The notes beneath the pieces were generated by a model. The model was not told where the DNA came from, ran no database searches, and saw only the letters and a list, made by a program, of their open reading frames with translations. Below are positions 18,715 to 28,271 of a DNA stretch of 64,000 nucleotides, in pieces. The translations under genes and the position numbers were made by a program. Numbering within the stretch: the first letter of the stretch is position 1; the number at the start of each line of letters is the position of its first letter. The stretch comes from Bacteroidales bacterium. GTDB lineage: Bacteria > Bacteroidota > Bacteroidia > Bacteroidales > VadinHA17. The stretch lies in contig DAOOUQ010000005.1 in the NCBI GenBank assembly GCA_035390825.1, positions 68,517 through 132,516 of the forward strand, given 5' to 3'.

Positions 18715-20103
18715 TTAATAATTTTTAGTTATGTAGTCTTTTAGCAAATGATAATTATTCTCTAAAGATATATATTCTTCTTTTTTGAATTCAATTGTCT
18801 TCAGAGAATCAGGGATGACAGGATCAACGTTAAGCAGCGACCTGATTTCCTCCCTGAATTTTGCAGGGTGGGCAGTCTCGAGGCTTACGTTTATTATCCC
18901 TTCGTTTTCAGTGTTTTCTATGGTCTTCAGGTATTCCGAAAGTCCATGCCATGCAACAGCTCCGTGAGGTTCAAGAAGCTTTCCGTAATCATGATAAAAC
19001 TGTTTCATAGAAGCCCTTGTCATTTCGTCGGAAACACTTATTGCAAAAAGTTCTTTCCTCATGCGGTTCAGATCAGGTGCTTTTGTTATCCTGCCATGCT
19101 CATCCATTATTCCTCCATACATCGATACAATCCTTGCTAAATTGCTTGGATGGCCCACATTCATCGCGCTTGATATGCAGTTCTTTGAGGGGGCAATTGG
19201 TTCATATTTTCCGACTGAAAGGAATTCGGGAACTTCATTATTCTCGTTAGTTGCGATAACAAACTTCCTGACTGGCAGCCCCATCCTGGCTGCAATCAGA
19301 CCTCCTGCCACGTTCCCGAAATTACCGCATGGAACACTGAAGACTATTTTGTCAGCTATGCCTTTTGCCAATTCTGCCCATGCTTTGAAATAATACACCG
19401 ACTGTGGCAAAAGCCTGCCGATATTAATTGAATTTGCCGACGACAGGTTGTACACTGAAAGCGATTCATCCATAAATGCTTTTTTAACAAGCTTCTGACA
19501 GTCGTCAAATTTTCCGCCGATTTCAATCACACTGATATTGTCGTCAAAAGTAGTCATTTGCTTTCTTTGCAAATCCGACACCTCTCCGGCCGGATACAGT
19601 ATTATCACTCTGATGTTTCCAAGTCCTGCAAATGCATTGGCAACGGCACTTCCCGTGTCTCCTGAAGTAGCAGTCAGGATAATTATATTCCTGTTTTCCC
19701 TGGATAGAAAATGCTGCATAAGCCTTCCCATGAGGAGGGCCGCAAAATCCTTGAAAGAGGCTGTAGGCCCACGGTCAAGCCTAAGAATATATGATGAGCC
19801 CTTAACATGTTCAACAGGCAGGCTGAAGCTGTAAACCTCCCTGCATATTGATTCAAGTTCTCCCGATGAGATGTCATCGCCTGTAAATTTCCCGACAATT
19901 TTTGAAGCAAGTTCCGGATATTCCATTCCCATCAATGACTCCATTTCATCAGAATTCAGAAGCGGTACTGATGAAGGCAGATATAAGCCTCCGTCAGGAG
20001 CCAGGCCCCTCAGCAGGGCTTCCCTGAATAAAACCGGCCGGGCATTGAGATTTGTTGAAATGTATTTTATATCTGTTCCTTTCACAATGACTTTTTTAAA
20101 CAT
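18715..20103 (-). CDS. thrC: Threonine synthase
   Basis: 462 aa. The PLP-lysine motif (TASFKDFA) and TSGDTGSA are present. Its start overlaps the thrA stop by 8 nt. Confidence 0.9.
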   Translation of the reverse strand: MFKKVIVKGTDIKYISTNLNARPVLFREALLRGLAPDGGLYLPSSVPLLNSDEMESLMGMEYPELASKIVGKFTGDDISSGELESICREVYSFSLPVEHVKGSSYILRLDRGPTASFKDFAALLMGRLMQHFLSRENRNIIILTATSGDTGSAVANAFAGLGNIRVIILYPAGEVSDLQRKQMTTFDDNISVIEIGGKFDDCQKLVKKAFMDESLSVYNLSSANSINIGRLLPQSVYYFKAWAELAKGIADKIVFSVPCGNFGNVAGGLIAARMGLPVRKFVIATNENNEVPEFLSVGKYEPIAPSKNCISSAMNVGHPSNLARIVSMYGGIMDEHGRITKAPDLNRMRKELFAISVSDEMTRASMKQFYHDYGKLLEPHGAVAWHGLSEYLKTIENTENEGIINVSLETAHPAKFREEIRSLLNVDPVIPDSLKTIEFKKEEYISLENNYHLLKDYITKNY

Positions 20104-22525
20104 TGACTACCCTCATGATATCTGCAAAGACCCCGGCTGCCGTAACATCTGCCCCTGCTCCGTACCCTTTTATCACCATTGGTAGTTCCCGGTAGCGTTC
20201 TGTAGTTAGGAGAACAATGTTGTTGCTTCCTTCCAGGTCGAATGTGGGATGCGTCGAATCGACAGTAATAAGTTCCACAGATGCCTTCCCGTTGTCAAGC
20301 GAGGCAAAGAATCTCCATTTCTTATTCTGACTTGCAAGCATCTTACGCTTCTTTTCAAAATCATCGTCAAGTTCCCTGACCCTGGCGTAAAAGTTGTCCA
20401 GACTGCCTTTAAAACAGTCATCAGGCAGAAATTTAATGACCTCAACATCTTCTTTTTCAATTAAGTACCCCGCCTCCCTCGCCAGTATAAGTATTTTTCT
20501 GACAACATCGGTACCGCTGAGATCCACCCGTGGATCAGGTTCAGATATCCCTTTTTCCTTTGCTGTCCTGATGGCCTCACTAAGCGGCATTTCCGGACCG
20601 ATATTGTTGAAAATGAAATTCAGAGTTCCTGAAAGGACAGCGCCGATCTTCAGTATTTTGTCGCCGCTTACAACCAGATCATTGATTGTCTTGATGATTG
20701 GCAGTCCGGCTCCTACTGTTGTCTCATACATGAAACGAATTCCTTTTTCGCCGGCAGTCGATTTAAGTTGCTGGTAATATGAATATTCCGATGAACACGC
20801 TATTTTGTTTGCTGTAACTACCGAAACATATTGGTCAAGGGCAAAGCCATATTTTAAAGCGACATTGGCATCGGCAGTGCAGTCGACAAACACTGAATTT
20901 CTAAGATTAAGTTTTGTCATTTGCGCCATAAATGAATCAATATCGCTTTTCACTCCGGTATTTGAGAGAAGTTCCCTGCAGTTTTCCAGAGGGACAGGCT
21001 TGTTCCCTATGAGCATCTTTCTTGAATTTGTTATTCCAAACAGATTGATTTTCAGGTTATGTTCCCTGAGAAGTATGTCTGACTGTTTTTTCAGCTGATT
21101 AATGAGGCTCGTTCCGACAAATCCGGTTCCGGCGATGAAAAGGTGGAGCTCCTTGTATTTTGACAGGAAGAATCCGTCATGTATGACATTCAATGCTTTC
21201 TTAAGACTGTCATTCCTGATGACGACAGAAATATTCAGCTCTGATGATCCCTGTGCTGTTGCAACAACATTGATGCCATTCCGGCCCAGTGACCTGAAAA
21301 GCGTTGCAGATATGCCAGGAGTGTTCTTCATCTTTTCACCTACAATTGCAATAATCGACAGGTCCCTTTCAACAAGAAGTTTGAGCTCTTTTCTGAAGGA
21401 TATCTCTCTTTCAAACTCCTTGTTTATGGCTTCAACAGCCATTTTGGTATCGGGTGGGTTTACTGCGAATGTTATTGAATATTCGGATGATGCCTGTGTA
21501 ATCAGGATTACGCTGATGTTGCGGCCTGCCAGAGAGCCGAAAAGGCGCATCGATGTACCCGATACGCCAACCATCGAAGGGCCCTGCAATGTTATAAGGT
21601 CGATATGGTCGATGGATGAAATTCCCTTTATAAGGCTCCGGCTTCCGTTATGTGATTTTTCACCAATCCGTGTTCCTGCTGCTGAAGGATTGAAGGAGTT
21701 CTTTATATATACCGGGATCAGCTTTTTATAAACCGGACGCAGGGTAGGAGTGTAGATTACCTTTGCGCCGAAATGAGAAAGCTCTATTGCTTCAGGGTAA
21801 GACAGGCTTTCTATTGTATACGCCTTATCTACCTTTCTGGGATCGGCTGTCATGAAACCATCGGTGTCGGTCCAAATTTCAAGGGCTTCAGCATTCAGTG
21901 CAGCTGCAATTATTGCTGCAGTGTAATCTGATCCTCCCCGGCCGAGTGTTGTTGTCTCATTGTCTTTTGTTGCTGCAATGAACCCGGGCACCACGACAAG
22001 ACCTTTAATCCTGCCAAGGCTCTTTTTTATAAGCTGGTTGGTAAGTTCGAAATCCACATTTGCATTGCCGTAGTTGTTGTCAGTTTTTATTATTTCACGG
22101 GCATCTTTAAGAGTGGATCCTTCAAAAAACGCTGAAACAATAAGAGAAGAGAGTCTTTCTCCGCAACTTAAAAGTTTGTCGAGCGAGTAATTGCTCAAGT
22201 CTCTCAGCAGATACAATCCGCTAAGTGTCTCATCCAGTTCAGTGAAAATCTCTTCTGCCGCAGGCCTGACAGTATCGGTGGTGATAACCGGTAAAAGTTC
22301 GTCGCATACTGTCCGGTGCTTTCTAATAATCTCCCCAAGAAGATCTTTGTATCGCGGATCATGTTTTGCAGCCGTTTCTCCGGCTGCCTTAAGGGCGTCG
22401 GTGACACCTCTGAAAGCAGAAACAACAACCACAAGAGGATGCGATTCTTTTTCTGTTATTTTTTTAACAATCCTGATCCTCTCGGCGTCTCCAACTGATG
22501 ATCCTCCAAATTTCAGTACTTTCAT
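20096..22525 (-). CDS. thrA: Bifunctional aspartate kinase / homoserine dehydrogenase I
   Basis: 809 aa. N-terminus MKVLKFGGSSVGDAERI (aspartokinase), with ACT region motifs. A C-terminal homoserine dehydrogenase domain is present (LFIAGTGFVGTSL...GAGLPII...GILSGT). Confidence 0.95.
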   Translation of the reverse strand: MKVLKFGGSSVGDAERIRIVKKITEKESHPLVVVVSAFRGVTDALKAAGETAAKHDPRYKDLLGEIIRKHRTVCDELLPVITTDTVRPAAEEIFTELDETLSGLYLLRDLSNYSLDKLLSCGERLSSLIVSAFFEGSTLKDAREIIKTDNNYGNANVDFELTNQLIKKSLGRIKGLVVVPGFIAATKDNETTTLGRGGSDYTAAIIAAALNAEALEIWTDTDGFMTADPRKVDKAYTIESLSYPEAIELSHFGAKVIYTPTLRPVYKKLIPVYIKNSFNPSAAGTRIGEKSHNGSRSLIKGISSIDHIDLITLQGPSMVGVSGTSMRLFGSLAGRNISVILITQASSEYSITFAVNPPDTKMAVEAINKEFEREISFRKELKLLVERDLSIIAIVGEKMKNTPGISATLFRSLGRNGINVVATAQGSSELNISVVIRNDSLKKALNVIHDGFFLSKYKELHLFIAGTGFVGTSLINQLKKQSDILLREHNLKINLFGITNSRKMLIGNKPVPLENCRELLSNTGVKSDIDSFMAQMTKLNLRNSVFVDCTADANVALKYGFALDQYVSVVTANKIACSSEYSYYQQLKSTAGEKGIRFMYETTVGAGLPIIKTINDLVVSGDKILKIGAVLSGTLNFIFNNIGPEMPLSEAIRTAKEKGISEPDPRVDLSGTDVVRKILILAREAGYLIEKEDVEVIKFLPDDCFKGSLDNFYARVRELDDDFEKKRKMLASQNKKWRFFASLDNGKASVELITVDSTHPTFDLEGSNNIVLLTTERYRELPMVIKGYGAGADVTAAGVFADIMRVVNV

Positions 22526-22576
22526 TACTGGTCAGTAATATCTCTTTATCTTTCTTTTTGTTGTGAAATGAAGGTG

Positions 22577-22584
22577 CAAAAATA
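22577..22584 (-). promoter_or_regulatory. -7 promoter box TATTTTTG for the thr operon
   Basis: Exact TAnnTTTG on the minus strand, about 52 nt upstream of the thrA ATG (22525) and just downstream of the POT-gene terminator. Confidence 0.4.
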
Positions 22585-22620
22585 ATAAAATTCAATTAAA
22601 CTAATGTTTGTGATTTATAA

Positions 22621-22670
22621 ACATAAAAATAAGGGCCGCAATTTTTAATAAATTTAAAATTTGCGGCCCT
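22621..22670 (-). terminator. Rho-independent terminator of the POT transporter gene
   Basis: AGGGCCGCAA (22632-22641) pairs with TTGCGGCCCT (22661-22670), and an AT extension adds more pairing. On the minus strand the hairpin is followed by TATTTTTATGT. Confidence 0.7.
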
Positions 22671-22717
22671 GAGGATTAACAGACATTTAACCAGATGTGC
22701 CTTGCTTTTGCTGAATT

Positions 22718-24556
22718 TTAGGCGTCACCTGATGCAGCTTTTTCGAGCCGTTTAAGTATGCTGAATATGAAAGTAGCCGATAGCAGGCAGCAAATTATAA
22801 AAACGAGCCAAAGGGTGCTGAGTGCAACTTTATCCCAGAGAAGAGTTCCCACAAACAACAGTTTGTTCCCGACGGCAGTTGCAAGCAGCCAGCCACCCTG
22901 CATAAGCCCCTGGAAACGTGAAGGGGCAACCTTTGAGACGAACGACAATCCCATAGGACTCAGGAAGAGTTCGGCTATTGTAAGAACCAGGTAGCTGCTC
23001 ATCAGCCAGTATGGAGATACCCTGTCGGTATCCGATACCGGAGCTCCGGCGAGGGAAACGGGAGAAGGTGCCCCAACAGAAGCAATGAGAATAAGTATAA
23101 AGCCAACCGCCGCAATGATCATACCGATGCCGATCTTTTTTGGAGTGCTGGGTTCCATACCTTTACGGTTCATCCATGCAAACAGCCCCATCACAGGGAA
23201 AGTGAGGGCTACTATAAAGAGAGGATTGAATGACTGGAACACTTCAGGTGCTATTGAATTCTGGGAGCCGAATGATGAAAACCACCTTCCGAAAAGCGTC
23301 GTCGGATCAAAGCCGGTCAGGAAAAATGCGGCAAGAAGGAAGGCTACAAGGAAAAGGGCTCCCCCGAAGATTCTTGTACCAGTTTTGACACCTTTATAGA
23401 AAATGATGACAATGCCTGCTATTGAACCGATCGCTGCCAGCATTGAGGGCAGAGTGAAGAAAAGGTTTGTGAACGGGCCAACCTGTTTTGCCGTGTAATC
23501 TCTTGCGAAAAGAGTTAGTGTGAGTCCGTTCTGATGAAATGACATCCAGAAAAATATCACTACAAAGAATACAAGCACAAGGGCTGTGATCCGTGCTCTT
23601 TCCTCTTTCCTTGAAGAGAGGATTATCCATGTGACGAATGCGGCAAAAAGTCCGAATGCAAATCCTGCTGCCCATCCTACCTGCCTGATGAAGTGGAGAC
23701 CAAATGCGGTGATACCCATCGCGGCAATGGCGGCGACGAATGGTACTGGTTTGAAGTCGATCTTCTCAGATGACGCGGCAGTGGCCTTGACTTCCTTATT
23801 CGGAAGGAGCCTGTTGAAGATAACATAAACCAGTAGCGAAATAATCATTGCACCGGCAGCGATGCCGAATGCATAATTGTAACCTTTCGAGAACACCTCC
23901 AGGTAACTTTTGGCAAAAGCCGACAAATCAGTTACAGGTCCCGTAAGATTTACATTGTTGGCAAGCTGCTGGAATACTGTGGTATCGGTCATGTTCCCTT
24001 TAATGTACTGGTGGCAAAGTGCAGGAAGGCTTCCGTCATGTGCGAATCCGTTGGTTTTCAGCCACCAGTTGCGCATTGCGTTTGCAGCAAACGGGGCGAA
24101 AAAGGCACCCACGTTTATCCCCATGTAAAAGATCATAAAGGCAGTATCCCTCAGCTTGGAATATTTGGGATCGTCGTACATCTGGCCAACGACTGCCTGA
24201 AGATTCCCCTTGAAAAGGCCATTGCCAAGGGCAATTGTCATAAGGCCGGCTATCGTGACAGTCAGACTCATTCCCGGTACAGCCATAATAAGATATCCAG
24301 CAAACATTATTATGATTCCCGCCAGGATGACAAGTTTGTATTTTTTCGATGAATCTGCTATTATTCCACCAACAAGGGCCAGGGCATAAATGGCAAAATA
24401 GAACCAGCTATATATATTTCCTGCATCCTGTGCAGAAAGACCATATTTTGCCTGCAGAAACAAAACAAGAATGGCCATCATGGTGTAAAATCCGAATCTT
24501 TCTCCCATATTGGAGAAAAATGCAACAAGCAAGCCTTTGGGATGATTCTTTAACAT
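22718..24556 (-). CDS. Proton-dependent oligopeptide transporter (POT/PTR2 family di-/tripeptide permease)
   Basis: 612 aa and polytopic. PTR2 signatures: FSNMGERFGFYTMMAILVLFL and GGIIADS. Confidence 0.9.
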   Translation of the reverse strand: MLKNHPKGLLVAFFSNMGERFGFYTMMAILVLFLQAKYGLSAQDAGNIYSWFYFAIYALALVGGIIADSSKKYKLVILAGIIIMFAGYLIMAVPGMSLTVTIAGLMTIALGNGLFKGNLQAVVGQMYDDPKYSKLRDTAFMIFYMGINVGAFFAPFAANAMRNWWLKTNGFAHDGSLPALCHQYIKGNMTDTTVFQQLANNVNLTGPVTDLSAFAKSYLEVFSKGYNYAFGIAAGAMIISLLVYVIFNRLLPNKEVKATAASSEKIDFKPVPFVAAIAAMGITAFGLHFIRQVGWAAGFAFGLFAAFVTWIILSSRKEERARITALVLVFFVVIFFWMSFHQNGLTLTLFARDYTAKQVGPFTNLFFTLPSMLAAIGSIAGIVIIFYKGVKTGTRIFGGALFLVAFLLAAFFLTGFDPTTLFGRWFSSFGSQNSIAPEVFQSFNPLFIVALTFPVMGLFAWMNRKGMEPSTPKKIGIGMIIAAVGFILILIASVGAPSPVSLAGAPVSDTDRVSPYWLMSSYLVLTIAELFLSPMGLSFVSKVAPSRFQGLMQGGWLLATAVGNKLLFVGTLLWDKVALSTLWLVFIICCLLSATFIFSILKRLEKAASGDA

Positions 24557-24651
24557 GTCATTTTTTTATTTAAATGTTTATTAATTCTTTCTTATGCTTA
24601 TTATCAGGCGGATAGAAAAACAGTCAACCCTGTGACAAATACTGCTGACAA

Positions 24652-24659
24652 CAAATATA
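24652..24659 (-). promoter_or_regulatory. -7 promoter box TATATTTG for the POT transporter
   Basis: Exact TAnnTTTG on the minus strand, about 95 nt upstream of the ATG at 24556. Confidence 0.35.
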
Positions 24660-24880
24660 TTAATCTTTTTAACATTTGAAAACTGTATTTGATTTTCCAC
24701 GGGTCCGACGGCCTGAACCGAATTGTCCTTTTGATTTTGTTTTCTTAATGTAAAATACTGACACATTTGGACGATATGCCGTACATCATCCTTTTCAGGC
24801 ATGCTTTAAGTCAGAATTAGATTAATTGAGACCGAATGCTTAATTTTATAGACCCGAAATTTGCGTTACATACAGGTCTT

Positions 24881-26404
24881 ATGAAAATATTCAGGACAGA
24901 TCAGATAAAAAGGATTGACGAGCTTACAATATTAAACGAGCCTGTAAGGTCAGTCGATCTCATGGAACGAGCTGCCGAACAGCTTCTGAGATGGATTGTC
25001 AGGAATTTTGACAGGACAAGGCGTATGCTTATTTTCACCGGGCCGGGCAACAATGGCGGCGACGGTCTTGCACTTGCCAGATTATTGTCGGCCAACCGTT
25101 TTGTTGCAGAAGTGTTTAATATTAAAATCTCCGACAAAACATCGGATGACTGGAACTTTAATTATCAGCGACTTATACATGAGACTCCTGTAATTTTTAA
25201 TTCGTTGGAGAATTCAGACCAGTTTCCTTTTATCGGTCATGATGACATCATTATTGATGCAATTTTCGGATCAGGGCTGACAAGACCCGTCACTGGTCTG
25301 GCTTCCGAAATTATTAAGAAGATAAATCATTCCGGTTCTGTTGTTATTTCTGTCGACATGCCTTCAGGTCTTTTTGGAGAGGATAACTCTGCAAACGATC
25401 CTGACTCAATTGTTAAAGCCGGTTACACACTCAGTTTTGAATTCCCCAAGCTCAGCTTTATGTTCCCTGAAAATGCCATGTATACAGGGGAGTGGATAGT
25501 GCTGCCTATTGGCCTCCATAAAGGAGCCGTGATGGCGGCTGAGACACCTTATCATTATATTGAAGAAGATTTTGTATCCTCGTTGCTGAAGAAACGCCAG
25601 AAGTTTGATCACAAGGGAAGGTTTGGCCATGGATTACTGGTTGCAGGATCATATGGCAGGATAGGCGCGGCAGTTCTAGGGGCCAAGGCTGCCATGAAAA
25701 CAGGAATAGGATTGCTGACCTGCCATGTTCCCGGATGCGGTTATCAGATACTTCAGTCAACTGTGCCGGAGGCCATGGTACATGCTGACAAAGATGATTT
25801 GACAGTTACCGAAATCGGAGGTACTGATATATATGATTCACTCGGGATAGGCCCGGGTATTGGTACCGGTGAAGAAACTCAGAAGGCGCTGCATTCGTTT
25901 TTACTGAACAGGAACAAACCGATCGTTATTGATGCAGATGGCCTTAATATCCTCGGGATGAACAGCAAATGGCTTAACGCCCTTTCCTGGAATTGTGTCC
26001 TTACCCCTCATGTTAAAGAATTCGAAAGGGTTGCAGGAAGCTCGGGAAACAGTTACGCCAGGCTTGAGCGGCAGATTGAATTTTCATCACGGTATAACTG
26101 CGTGGTTCTGCTTAAAGGTGCTTATTCATCTGTCGTGACACCTGACGGCAAAGTCAGCTTCAACAGTACCGGGAATCCCGGTATGGCAACTGCGGGAAGC
26201 GGGGATGTACTTACGGGCATTATCCTTTCTCTCCTGGCTCAGGGATATCAACCTGGTCCGGCAGCCATCCTGGGAGCTTATCTCCATGGCCTGGCCGGCG
26301 ATATTGCAGTGTCAGAAACAGGGATGGAAGCACTTACGGCGTCCGATATAATTGATAATATAGGAAACGCGTTTCTTAAATTAAAAAACATAGTATCATT
26401 GTGA
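24881..26404 (+). CDS. nnr: Bifunctional NAD(P)H-hydrate repair enzyme (epimerase plus ADP-dependent dehydratase)
   Basis: I prefer the start at the internal ATG (MKIFRTDQIKRID). The YjeF-N motif GPGNNGGDG is present, along with the C-terminal carbohydrate-kinase-like domain (GRFGHGLLVAGS...GNPGMATAGSGDVLTG). Confidence 0.9.
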   Translation: MKIFRTDQIKRIDELTILNEPVRSVDLMERAAEQLLRWIVRNFDRTRRMLIFTGPGNNGGDGLALARLLSANRFVAEVFNIKISDKTSDDWNFNYQRLIHETPVIFNSLENSDQFPFIGHDDIIIDAIFGSGLTRPVTGLASEIIKKINHSGSVVISVDMPSGLFGEDNSANDPDSIVKAGYTLSFEFPKLSFMFPENAMYTGEWIVLPIGLHKGAVMAAETPYHYIEEDFVSSLLKKRQKFDHKGRFGHGLLVAGSYGRIGAAVLGAKAAMKTGIGLLTCHVPGCGYQILQSTVPEAMVHADKDDLTVTEIGGTDIYDSLGIGPGIGTGEETQKALHSFLLNRNKPIVIDADGLNILGMNSKWLNALSWNCVLTPHVKEFERVAGSSGNSYARLERQIEFSSRYNCVVLLKGAYSSVVTPDGKVSFNSTGNPGMATAGSGDVLTGIILSLLAQGYQPGPAAILGAYLHGLAGDIAVSETGMEALTASDIIDNIGNAFLKLKNIVSL

Positions 26405-26423
26405 TCATAAAAAACAGTCCATC

Positions 26424-27539
26424 ATGATAAACAGAATATCTTTTTTGCTGGTCATGGCAATGATTGCCGGGGCCTGCGCTACTGGAAGAAACTTTAGCAA
26501 TTCCGGAGGCATTGTTTCTCCTTTGTCAGCCAATGCCTCCCTTACTGACGGCAGTCTTATCTATGGCCTGCCGCTTACGGTCATTGATGTGGAAATTGAG
26601 GCCGAACATGTTATTGAAAAGCCTGGTCCGTACTCGAAATATGCTTCTGACCTTCTTGGCCTGACAGATGTCATAAGATCCGAAAGTGAAAACTGGACCA
26701 TTACCGGCGTTAACATTGGTACACATCAGGAGCTTGATCCTGAGCAGCTTTACGTGATTGAAGCTCAGGGCATGTTTCTTTCAAATGTACTTGAGCTAAA
26801 GAGATCAGGCCTGATACTTGATATCAGTCCAGACATTTACAACTGTAATTCAGGCCGAATATCAGATGCAGAAACAGATTTCAGTAAACTGAAAAGTTTT
26901 GACCTTGGGTCAGATGAGTATTTCAGGAACAGAAAAGATACCTTATTCCGAGTCATAAATGTAGATACCGCTTTTATCAGGATCCCTTATCTCGTTGAGA
27001 AGAAACAAAAGCTCACCCTTGACCAGCTTGCAGAAAAGGCGGCTGTCCGGCTGATGGAACTCAGAGACGGGAAGCACCTGATTCTCACCGGAGAGACGAA
27101 CATATTTCCACAGAGTGATGCTGCGTTGAATGAGATAAACCGTCTTGAAAAGGAGTATACCGAACTTTTCACCGGCAAAACCTTCAAAGAAAAGAAGACA
27201 TTCAGGTATCAGCTTGTTCCGAAAAAAGAGATGACGGGCAGCCCGACTGTTTTATGCCGTTTTTCTGAAACCTCGGGCCCCGTAACATCTGCTGATAAAA
27301 ACGGCAAGCCTGTTGTCGTGGAATTTGTTCCCGAGCTTAAAACAGCCGGACTTAAGGTGAACTATGCGAGGTCAGTGTCAAAATCATCAGGAACAACAGA
27401 CAAACTGTTCTACAGAGTGCCTGATATCGTGAATATAAGGATTTCATTCGGGAATGAAGCCCTTAACATGTCAAGAAAACTCATCTACCAGTTTGGTGAG
27501 GTTATCAGGATGCCTCAGAATTATATCCTTGGAAAATAG
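26424..27539 (+). CDS. Lipoprotein of unknown function
   Basis: 371 aa with a lipobox (MIAGAC). I recognise no catalytic motif. Confidence 0.5.
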   Translation: MINRISFLLVMAMIAGACATGRNFSNSGGIVSPLSANASLTDGSLIYGLPLTVIDVEIEAEHVIEKPGPYSKYASDLLGLTDVIRSESENWTITGVNIGTHQELDPEQLYVIEAQGMFLSNVLELKRSGLILDISPDIYNCNSGRISDAETDFSKLKSFDLGSDEYFRNRKDTLFRVINVDTAFIRIPYLVEKKQKLTLDQLAEKAAVRLMELRDGKHLILTGETNIFPQSDAALNEINRLEKEYTELFTGKTFKEKKTFRYQLVPKKEMTGSPTVLCRFSETSGPVTSADKNGKPVVVEFVPELKTAGLKVNYARSVSKSSGTTDKLFYRVPDIVNIRISFGNEALNMSRKLIYQFGEVIRMPQNYILGK

Positions 27540-27547
27540 AAAGAAGC

Positions 27548-28078
27548 TTACTGAATCTTTCCTTTGAAATTTGTCTGAAAATCCTGCCAGCTCTGGGTTA
27601 TGTATGCTTTATCGGCAAAGAATCTCAGAAGTGTTTCCATTTCTTTGGGCTGTCTGAACCCCGGAACAGGTGATGCCGACAGTTTGTTGTCGTCATCTTT
27701 TGTAAGGAAAACGACAGTAGGATACGACAGTTTGCCCTGCAGCAGGGCAACGGCAAGCTGGTGGGCTTTGCCATACTTCCCGTCGTTAATGTAGGTCTGT
27801 CCAAAGAAGCTTATGCTTTCGGAACCTTCAGCATTGAATTTGACAGGATAAAAGCTTGTATTCAGGATTTCAGCTATGACAGGATTGGTGAATGTTTCCT
27901 GATCCATCTTCTTGCACCATCCGCACCAGTCGGTATATGCATCAATGAAAAGCGGACGGAACGACTGCCTGCTTAATTTCTCGGCTTCCTCAATGGTGTA
28001 CCATTTAACTGAAGCGTTCTGCGCGAAAACCGGCAGGGCAATGATAGATAAAAACATGATAGTGAATACTTTCTTCAT
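27548..28078 (-). CDS. Secreted thioredoxin-fold protein (CxxC)
   Basis: 176 aa with a signal peptide and the motif YTDWCGWCKKM. Confidence 0.7.
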   Translation of the reverse strand: MKKVFTIMFLSIIALPVFAQNASVKWYTIEEAEKLSRQSFRPLFIDAYTDWCGWCKKMDQETFTNPVIAEILNTSFYPVKFNAEGSESISFFGQTYINDGKYGKAHQLAVALLQGKLSYPTVVFLTKDDDNKLSASPVPGFRQPKEMETLLRFFADKAYITQSWQDFQTNFKGKIQ

Positions 28079-28271
28079 TTTATTGTTAAGGAATTAACAG
28101 TTCAAAAATCGTGCAAAAATTCATATTCAATCTGGCAGCAAATACGCGGAATAATTTCATCAATTATAACAAATATTAGCTGCTGATGTTCATTTTATGT
28201 TATTTATAACAGGAATTTGATAAAATTATTTTTCTACATTTACCGGACTTAAAAGGTACTAATCAATTTTT

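Noticed and set aside
21102-21731. 209-aa ORF antisense to thrA
   Set aside because: It is embedded in a highly conserved bifunctional enzyme gene and has no start context or motifs, so it is a shadow ORF.
24581-24802. 73-aa ORF in the POT/nnr divergent spacer
   Set aside because: It has no promoter box or RBS in a sensible position and its composition is implausible. It also covers the region where the POT promoter box (24652-24659) lies, so it is more likely non-coding leader or promoter DNA.
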